Assembly: GCA_951406725.2 (NCBI GenBank)
Contig: OX597814.1
Span: 39,928,001-39,992,000, forward strand
Direction of reading: 5' to 3'
DNA length: 64,000 bases
From: Octopus vulgaris
Taxonomy: Eukaryota
A program made the position numbers and the translations under genes. Positions within the stretch are counted from its first letter, which is position 1. Every line of letters begins with the position of its first letter. Positions 54,149 through 64,000 of this stretch are shown piece by piece. A model generated the notes under the pieces. The model searched no databases and had not been told where the DNA came from. It was given only the letters and a program-made list of their open reading frames with translations.

Positions 54149-54960
54149 AAGACGAAGACAAGTGGTGTAGACGACAAACAGATGTATTAGTATAACGCTT
54201 GAGAAGGGAAAAAATCTTTAACATTTCGAAGACGAAGACAAGTGGTGTAGACGACAAACAGATGTATTAGTATAACGCTTGAGAAGAGAAAAAGTCTTTA
54301 ACATTTCGAGCCTACGTTCTTCCACTGAAAGGAACTCAGAAAGAAACAAAGAGAGAAAATAAAGAATGTTTAGTGGCTAACGATCTATCATGGGGAATGC
54401 CGGAGAGAAAGGTCACATAGGAGAGCTAGTTAGAAGGGGAGATTATAAAGTAGTGGTAATCCCAAAACGAAGGTGCGCCTGCGTGTGTAGAAGAGAGTTT
54501 GTATGCGTGTGTAGAAGAGAGCTGGTGATCTTTATGTGTGTGTGTGTGGATGTGTAGATGTGAAAATGTGGATCTGGGAAGTGGTCAGTGCTTGTGTGTG
54601 TGTGGTGGTGTGTTGTGATGCGATGTGTGATATGATGTATGGTGTGTGGTGTGGTGTGACGGTGTTGGGAGGTGGGGGAGGCAAACGTGGGGAAAGCAAG
54701 AATGGGTTGTGGGTTAGCCGTAGGGTGGGGTTAAATGTGGTGTATTTGAAAGTGGGTGTAACGGATGGGGTAGGGTGAGATGGGGAAGGATAGGGAAGCT
54801 GGGGATGGAATGTGTAGGGATGCGGTGGGCTTACGAGGGAAGGGTGACAATGAAGGGGGGAGGAGAATGTGGGTAGAAGTGAAGAGAAAAGTGTAAGAGA
54901 GTAGGAGTGAAGAGAAGTATGAGTCAGAGCATGAAAGGACAGGTGGATGGGAGGAAGTGG
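54149..54960 (-). mobile_element. Putative PLE pseudo-LTR with an 80-bp tandem duplication and a degenerate hammerhead (about 54295-54332)
   Basis: GACGAAGACAAGTGGTG... at 54151 and 54231; minus strand cttt-CAGTGGA-agaac-gtag-gctc-GAA-ATGT-T-aaag; related copy at about 36900-37011. Confidence 0.6.
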
Positions 54961-55388
54961 GGAAAAACATTTGGGATTCAACAATTGTCTGAAATGTTTT
55001 GAAACCAACATTTACTTACTGTTATTTGTAGGTTTAGGTGAGCATCGAGAGGAGAGTCACTATTTCCAAAAAGAGTTAAATATACATTTACACATAAATG
55101 CTTGTTTGAGTGCATATATTTCACCTAAGGAATAATGGATTTATAAATTGACGTATAAAATATTTTCTGTCTTGCTGTAAAATCCAAACGTCGCATTATG
55201 CATTATTGATAAATCATAGGTATCATAGTGTCATACGTCATTGATTAAACTTAAGAATATACTAAATCATTAAAATATAGCTATTACAACGTTTATATTT
55301 TGCAGAATATAAACAAAACGAAGATATTTGAGGATATTATAGGTCGAGTAAGAAAATTTCTTTATAGATAACACGTGTAAGCATATTA

Positions 55389-57850
55389 CACTGTTCAACA
55401 ATTTTTGCAAAGTTGAGTGCTGCTTAAATGAGTTTACCCATATGCATTTTTATGCACTAAATCCAAATATCACCTTGGAAAATACGTATTGGTTATAGAT
55501 TAAAAGATAAGCGGCATGTAATAATTCATTGTTTTATTAGAACATACAGTATGTGTCATTATATGTTTTAACCTCTAGCTCATACCTACTCTCATCCATT
55601 TTGATTGACGCTTATAGTAAGCTGAAGAATTATTTCTTGCCGATGCCCAGCAATAACTTGCAAGCATTGTTGTGTTCCATTTATCCCGGTACCACATTTC
55701 CCTGGTTGAAATATCTTGGTGAAAACTTTCGACATGTTCGTCACTAACTGTCCCACAGTCCACTGTGAAAAAGTCTAAATATGAGTCCAAAACGAGGATT
55801 TTAAGTGACATGTTACAACCCATGTTCTTGTAATCGTTGTCGTCGTTTTCCACCAATTCTTTACACTTTCCTTTTCTTCTCTTACAGCGAAATCTCTTCG
55901 CCACTGAGTTGAATGCTTCCCAAGCAGCTCTCTACTCCCCACGAAGGGTTGATTCAAAGGCACCATCTTTAAGAAGCTCTCGTATCTGAGAACCAACGAA
56001 AACTCCCTCTTTTATCTCAGTGTCGCTGAGTATGGGGAATTTTTATATTAAATATTTGAATTCCTGACCAAGTTTGTCCATAGCTTTTTACAAAGTTTTT
56101 CATGGGCCTAAGTTTTATGTGTAGTGGTGGTAGCAAAATTTTCTTTGGTTCAGCGAGAGGTTGATGTTGAACATTTTTTATCCTAGTTTCCAATAAATGA
56201 CGAGGTGGCAAGTTGCTCCTGATAGTGTAGGAACCTCTTGCACAGTTCATCATATCTTATGCATTGCAACATATGCTTTACATTCTCTTTCATTTGTGGT
56301 ACGTAACCCATAGGAACTGATAGTTTGCTATTGTCGATGTGCAGCTAGACACCTTTTAGTCACGATTTTGATGAATCTATGAACAAATTCCAATGTCTGA
56401 ATTCGTACTGGATGCCAAGTGCTTCCATCAGACCATTAATATTATTGCAGGTCGGCGAACGGGCAGAAACGTTAGCACGCCGGGTGAAATGCTTAGCGGT
56501 ATTTCGTCTGTCTTTACTGAGTACAAATTCCGCTGAGGTTGACTTTGCCTTTCATCCTTTCGTGTCAATAAATCAAGTACCAGTTGCGAACTAGGGTTGC
56601 TTTACTCGACCTGCTTCTCCCCTAAAATTTCTGGCCTTGTGCCTAGAGTAGAATAGAATATTATTACAGGTCACTAAATCGCCGTCCATTACGAAGAAAT
56701 CGTTGAACTGTTGCTAATGGTCGCGAAATTTTCAAATTATCACATCAACTGCTCGGAGATATCACTGTTGATGTCGAGAGCCTAGCAGCTCTGCGTTATT
56801 CGTTGGCAGTTGCAGATCCTTGACAAGGTCATGGAGTTGCAGATCCCTGACAAGGTCATGTGCTATGAGATGTGGTCTAGATGAATGTGTTTCATCAAAA
56901 TTTGGTTCACTCTGTAATCTAGCACTGTCATCGTGTTCTCCTTCCTCTTCACCACTTTCTTCATCTGATTCGAAGGATACCAAAGCTGGTATATCATGAA
57001 CAGTTACACCTTCTCCACTGGGCGAATAGCTGAGGAATGTTTGGATATTCAATAGACTTCGTTTTCTTTTCTGATCCCTTTTGTACCGGGTTATCATGCA
57101 CAAATAACAATCGTTGTTATAGCCTTTTGGATTTTGTCACGTCACTGGAGCAGTAAAAAGTATTATTTTCTTCTTCCTGCTCAACCATTGGCGATAGTTA
57201 ATAGCACCAGTCTTACAATATATGTGAGGAGCCGATTTCTTATCCTGGTCACCAATGTTGCATCCAAAATATAGGTGATATGCCTTTCTAATCATAGCAG
57301 ATATACGGAGCTTCTGCGATGGAAAGGTCACCATACTACAAATGTAGTAGAAGTTGTCTGTCTTATTCACACTAATACGAGGCATCTGAAAGAAGAAAAT
57401 AACAAGCAATTAGAACATAAACAGAAAGTTTATTCTTAAATATACCGCTATGAAATAGAGCATGATAGCTTAACAGAATTATTTATATTATTCAGTAGGA
57501 AAGTGAAATTAATATAAAATATTTCACATGCATATCAAAATCTTGCTCGATGAATATTTATTAAAATTTTTTTTAAAGTGTTTAACTAGGAAAATCACCT
57601 ACCTTTGAACTCAAAACGTAAACTGTCACAGCACAACTACCTACTACTGGAATAATGCCGTAGGGCAAATAGAAGAGTGTAGCAAGAAACACACAGCCAC
57701 AAGCGTGTTGGAACCTGTTGTGACACGTAAATGTATTTTGAAAAACCGGAGCTAACAAACAAATTTAACCATGATATTCATTATCAGCGACCTAAAATTA
57801 GCTGGAAATTTCTTCTCTGGTCTCGGAGGCATTTTTATTGTTGACCAGTG
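55389..57850 (-). mobile_element. Chapaev3-like (CMC superfamily) DNA transposon, both ends present, transposase disrupted
   Basis: TIRs CACTGTTCAACAA / CACTGGTCAACAA, flanks TTA/CTA; peptides NFYYIC, KAYHLYFGCNIGDQDK-APHI, AELLGSR, ILLPPLHIKL, MGCNMSLKI, VSDEHVESFHQDIST, MLASYCW. Confidence 0.88.
56454..56656 (+). mobile_element. tRNA-derived Deu/Nin-domain SINE inside the Chapaev element, 16-bp target duplication
   Basis: AATATTATTGCAGGTC (56438-56453) and AATATTATTACAGGTC (56657-56672); GACTTTGCCTTTCATCCTTTCG domain. Confidence 0.9.
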
Positions 57851-58869
57851 CTATCAGTGATGTTTTATGTCGAGTGAAATTCATATTATAGGTGTCAATC
57901 TTTATAATATCTTAGGAAAAGAAAAGAAAGACACCTATGCTATATTGGGACTTACAAATAATAGTGGTAAAATGTAATTGACGGGAGGAAAACATTTGAT
58001 AATTATCAATAATAGGAATATTTTAAAAAAAGAAATATTGTGTCAGCACACCTATGATTGATTGATAGTGTATGTCACTGTCAGGAAGCACGTATTTTAC
58101 TGTGTCTATCACGTTAATGTACACACACATATGCGCGAACGTACTCAACATTTAAACATATATATAATTACGAATATGTGTATGATTATAAATGACAAGT
58201 TACACATTCACACAGAGGCAAGAGAATAAATATATGCGCATCTATGAATAAGTGTGTGTGCGTGTGTGTGTGTGTGCGTGCGTAGTTGTGTATGTCATGT
58301 GGCTTGTGTGCGTGTCTCCGTATGAGTGTATGTGTGTGTGTGTATGTATGTGTGTGAATACGTGTATGTAAATAGTGATTGCTGAAAGTTTACACAAACA
58401 TTCACTTGCCAGCATAGTTGGGGAAACGGCCTGTAGTGGAGTTTAAAATAAAAATCTCCGGTATAGGATCTTCCTAGATTCTTTTAAAAAGAAGAAAACA
58501 CAGAAAGAAACAAACTCTGTTCACTCGAGAGAGACAGAATGGTTCCGAAAAAATGCAGCAAAAATTTCAGAGTAATAGTTTTAAGATTTCTTGCAAAAAT
58601 TATCATTCGTCCCTGGTATATGAATGGATATTGAGATAATGATTGTTTTAATATATATATTTTGCATGCCTGGCTATACGAGGTAGATAAGGACAGTGGG
58701 AGTATAAAATTATATTCTCTGATAAGCATTAACATATTTAGGTAATTTTATAATATTGGAAATATCAAATAGAGTTTAAGGATAATGTGTTCCGAAAAAT
58801 TACACTCGGATAAATATTGTTTATATGTTGTGTTTATAAGAGTGATGAATTAAATTAATAGAAACTGAA

Positions 58870-59025
58870 TAAATTACATTATTTTCTACTCTAGGCACAC
58901 GGCCCGAAATTTTGGAGGAAGGGGCCAATAGATTAGATCGACCTCAATACGCCACTGGTACTTAATTTATCGACCCTGAAAGGATGAAAGACAAGGCCGA
59001 CTTAGACGGAATTTGAACTCAGAAG
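58870..59025 (-). mobile_element. Deu/Nin-domain SINE, 5'-truncated
   Basis: Minus strand TTCTGAGTTCAAATTCCG...CTTTCATCCTTTCAGGGTCGATAAATTAAGTACCAG...GTGCCTAGAGTAGAA. Confidence 0.85.
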
Positions 59026-59391
59026 GTAATTGAAGAAATGACATTACAACATAAATTGAAGAGCGACGTAACACGATATAAATGTCAGGATACTCCATTC
59101 AAACTGAGTCTGTATTAGTCAAATAGAATTTTCTATAAGCCCAGAGCTACTCATAAATTTTAAGGCTAAACTCAATAGAAGACTTTTAGAAGCTATTACT
59201 TGCATCTGGATGCCAGTACAATCTGCTTCAGATTTACTTTAAGGATCGAGGTGTCTACGGGAAAGAATACAAAATTAAATGGGGCTGGTAGTGCAACTGA
59301 TAATAGAAAGGAAATCTCACAACTGGACCGTTCGTATGCGGTAGATAGAGAGATATATAGATACATAGACAGAAACAGACAAGAGCACACA

Positions 59392-59468
<77 letters not shown>

Positions 59469-59689
59469 GTACATACATATATGCAGCTTCGTTAAACCAA
59501 CTACAAAGTGAGTACTCTGTGAATGTCTCACCCAAAATATATATATCACCAGTATAACACTCCTGACTGTTATTATGAAACTACCGAATGGGAAACGATC
59601 TGAGAGATCTGTTTCTAAGCTACTGAGAAATTCTCCTACAGGGAAAGTCTCACGAAACTGTTAAAAAAAAGAATGAACACTGAGCTAGA

Positions 59690-60400
59690 TAAACCGGATT
59701 GGCCGACGGTTGCACGAACTATTCATATCCCACGAACAAAGCAACTTATGTGGCCGAAAACTACAGGCCCATAACATGCTTGATTGTTTTGTACAAACTG
59801 CAGACAGTTTGTCAGAATATTTATCTCTCAGACTCACTGTCAAAGAAATGTAGAACAGACAGGAAGAAAGAAAGGGGACTGAGGCTGTAGTGAATAGCTC
59901 CTCCTCAACAAAGCTGACTTTAAGGAAGCCAAGAAACATCATCATAATCTCTTAACTATATGGCTAGAGTACAAGAAAGCGTTCGGTTCTATCTCTTTCT
60001 CATGGGTGATAGAATCACTTCACCTTATCAAAGCACCAACTGCTATAGCTAATACGATTGACAGACTGACCACATATTCCACACAGTTATCACTGACAAC
60101 AACTAAAGCAACACCTAAAGTTACAAAGAGAATTAAGCTATGAACAGTTATATTCCAGGCTGGTAGTTCGTATATAATATTATTTATATTGGCAGTCAAC
60201 GACTGGTCAGCTATTTTAACAACATACCAAGGTGACATGCTGGGATATGCAGAAAAGATTAGAATTATTGTCACACACAATTTTGTTGACGCCTCAAAGT
60301 TCTATTCTGATAATATACACATCACCAGAAGAGAAGTAGAACTAGTTACAAATATATCACGAGACATAGGAATGGAGCTCCAAGACCGGAAGACATTACA
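59690..60400 (+). mobile_element. Degraded R4/Dong-like reverse transcriptase
   Basis: ENYRPITCLIVLYKL, IWLEYKKAFGSI, IFQAGS, VTHNFVDASKFY, ISRDIGME. Confidence 0.8.
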
Positions 60401-61062
60401 CAAGTGATTAACAGCTACCCAAATATATCGTCACTATACTACCACCCTGTGCGACAGGCGATTGTCGCAAAAACAGTATACAATGCACTAAATACTGTTA
60501 TTGCTTTTATATGACTGTTCACATAACAGGTGTCACTATATTTCAACTCCAGGAAAACATATTTTCCCGCTGGCTGTCGACACATGATCTATGCCTGTTC
60601 TATTGTGATCAAGAGAGTGAACCACGCCCACTCCAGCAAAGCAAAACCAGAACACCGGTTTCAGGGTTCCTTCTCGTCTCTAGAACTGGATGTTTGCCTG
60701 CTAGGCCGGGCAGCTATATATTTTTGCACAAAATATACAAAGAAAGAGGCGTCTATCAGTCACTGATCTTGCAACAAGATAAAGTAGCTGGTTTCAAATT
60801 TCTGAAAGAAATTCACATAGTAACAGCACTAAACATTAAAGGCTGTTACCACTTTACACGACTGTTCCATGCAGAACAAGGGTTATTATATTTTAATCCA
60901 AGGAAAACGTCTTTCCCGCTTGCTATCGATACCAGGATATATATAGAGAGAATTGCCCTGTTATTGGATAGAGCCACAAAAATCAACATCAGGATTACTA
61001 GAGAATATGGAATGAAGACTGGTGCATCCTCAAAATTTATTTCCCTTCCTTTTACAATGTTC

Positions 61063-62004
61063 GATCTGTACAGTGTCGCTCACAAATTTTATCATTATTA
61101 TTTTTTTTCAACTAAACAGTTTGAAACATCGTATACTGGTGCAATGTATCTTGCTGAACATGGTTTACTTTCAATATTTTTGAAAAAATTTGGTTTTTTA
61201 GAAATCATTTCCTGTTAAAGTTATCGTATTTGCGAAACTTTAACCAATCAGACGACGCGTATTCAGCTGAAGGAAGCGACAGTAATCGAAGAGCAACAGA
61301 TTCCGGGTCATCTCCGCTATATATCACCATTCTCCTCTATTCGTACGTGGATGGAAGGGTGAAGAGAAAGTGTGGCTCCTTGGTAATAGCTGACACAAAT
61401 GAGAGACTTTCGGCCGCAGAAAAGACGTTGTCACCTTCATCCTTTCTTACTTTCTAGTCAGTACCATGCATTCCTTACCTTTTCTCTCTCTACTGGCAGA
61501 CAGTCACTTCTACACTATCAACTACCAACCAGCGAGCGAACTTGTTATCACTGCCACTACAATTACTGCTGTATCTCTAACTACATGTCGGGCAAATGAA
61601 TAAACATATGTAAATATTTCTTCGTTCCTGGTGTTGACTCTTCGAAGTTTAGTTGTTACACCGACGCGAGAACAAAACAAAGCGTGTAATAAGCAACATA
61701 AAGTGTAAAAAAATAATAAAAGAGAACAGAGTGGTGACATTTTGTGGAGATGACCCGGAAGGTGTTGCTCTTCGATTACTATCGCAAACAGCAGTAGATT
61801 TCTTCAACTGAACCCACGTCGTTGATTGCTTAAAATTACCCACATACGACAATCTGTGACATGAATTAACTTTTAAACTACGAAATTATGTCAACAATAT
61901 TGAAAGTAATCAATGCTCGACATGAGAATTTACACCAGTATATGCAGTTTCAAACTGTTTAATAAAAAAAAAATAGAATATATGTGAGCGGAACTGAACA
62001 GATC
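61063..62004. mobile_element. Foldback-type non-autonomous DNA transposon with about 280-bp diverged TIRs
   Basis: GATCTGT.CAGT..CGCTCACA, AAACAGTTTGAAAC, TTACTTTCAATATT and AGTAATCGAAGAGCAACA..TTCCGGGTCATCTCC at 61063-61340 are inverted at 61720-62004. Confidence 0.85.
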
Positions 62005-62037
62005 CACTATGTTATACACGTGTTTTCATTGTATAGA

Positions 62038-62083
<46 letters not shown>

Positions 62084-62089
62084 GTATGC

Positions 62090-62135
<46 letters not shown>

Positions 62136-62389
62136 ATGTATGTTTGTATATATGTATGTAGGCATGCTGCATGTATGTTTATATCAACCTAGAAATTTAG
62201 CAAGATTAGATGCAGTGCAAAGTTGTATATATATATATATATTGGTAAAAACGGTAATATAACAAAAGAAAGAAAGATACCTCAATATTGCGTAAATAGA
62301 GGAAATTTATTTGTAAATTAATATATTTAATAAAAACAAATTAAAATATATGTGAGCGGAACTGAACAGATCCACTATCTTATACATAT

Positions 62390-62615
<226 letters not shown>

Positions 62616-64000
62616 GTGGCAAAGAAATAAATGAGATACTTACTGAGATATATATGTATATATATATATATATATATATTCACACACGCGCACACTCACA
62701 GATGCAGTGTACATACGTATTTACCTACCTATGTTTATCTGTTTTAATCGCTTATTTATATACTATTCTACTTAATATTACGCGTATTTTCTTCTAATAA
62801 TTTTGGAAATGTTTCTCTATTTACATCGTTGTTGAACTCAACTCCCTAATCTTGTGTGAACTTATTACCACGTATCCTCAGTAAAATCTATGTCTCTATC
62901 GCGAATTTCCCATTTCTATTATCAAATATTTTGTCCTGAAGTTCTTTATTTGACTGAACATGTGGAAAGCATCAGCCTCATGCTTTAAGGTGGATGTGGG
63001 AAAAACGGACGAACACAATTTGCAGATCGGTTGTCAAACATGTGTTTGATCTCGCGCACTCACGCTGAGTATTGCTCGTTCTTATATTGTTGTTCGTTCC
63101 CTTTCCATCCAAATTGCTTCCCTAATCTCTTTGTAGTTTTTTACTGTACCACTTACTGTTCTCGGTATAAATACAGAAAGAAATCGAAGAAAAAGATAAC
63201 TTCCTCAGATAAGCAGTGAGAATGTCTTCAGGTCTTGAAGAATAGGTGAACTGCTATTGCTTGTGCTGAATCTTAAATTCTGGATAATAAATATACACTC
63301 AATTACGCTCCCTGTCACCACCTAGGAACACACTTTCTGTTTTCATTGTCTCCAAAGCACCTTCGTCAGATTAGAATGCATTTAAATCTTCCTTTCAGTT
63401 TATATGTCAAGATAACCACTTTGCATTCACTTTCCGATGTCCAAAATTTTTCCACTATTTTCTTCAACGTATGCTGACCGAATCAAGATGTAAAGTAAGC
63501 TCAAAGGAAAGTGCTATGTCTGTCTGTGTGAATCTGTCCATCGATCTGCTGGTCGAAGTTGATATTCTCCCACATAGCCTAGTATTTTTCAAAACTAATT
63601 TCACCTTTAAATGAAATTCTTTATTTACCTGTGTATATCACTACAGTCCATGGTGCCAGCTTTGAAAACAAACTGCATTATAACAATACACAGGAATCTA
63701 ATTTCATATAGATATATTAACTTTATAATCATGACCAATTGCTATCGGGAGTAGGTTTGCTTCCAACGAAAAAAAAAAAAAAACAGTATATATATTAATA
63801 TACTCCAAAGAATCAACACCTATCCTGAACCAAATATTTTTGTTAATCTGCAATATCGCAAAAAGAACTTCAGCATGTAATAGAAGAGATTTTTTTCTAA
63901 ATAACGTGAATGCCTCGGGCGCTTTTTTTTCAATGCTTCTGCAAATCAATTTTGAAACTCATATATACGCAGTTAAGAAATGCAAGAAAATATAACTTGT

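Noticed and set aside
60511-61218. 235-aa ORF as a host gene
   Set aside because: No recognisable domain; it runs from degraded LINE-adjacent sequence into a foldback TIR, so probably fortuitous.

Overview
AT-rich, microsatellite-dense eukaryotic DNA (intergenic or intronic). The SINE and repeat content looks like a cephalopod, probably Octopus (inference from repeat families recalled from memory). I found no convincing intact host gene; almost all long ORFs in the track are (TA)n, (CA)n or (CTAT)n translation artefacts. The window is a layered transposon graveyard: CR1, RTE and R4/Dong-like LINE fragments, Penelope-like (PLE) RT, GIY-YIG and pseudo-LTR pieces, several Tc1/mariner copies (one near full length, 23689-24977), a complete-ended Chapaev3-like element (55389-57850), MITE and foldback elements, and two tRNA-derived SINE families. 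The most interesting signal is RNA structure in the putative PLE termini. Several ordinary minimal type-I hammerhead motifs are present. In addition, four copies from about three diverged sequence families (21804-21879, 29873-29950, 41021-41080, 42201-42275) carry hammerhead core strands in a non-circularly permuted (pseudoknotted) order. These copies show compensatory base changes and an apparent kink-turn in an extended stem III. All folds were done by eye and are untested.
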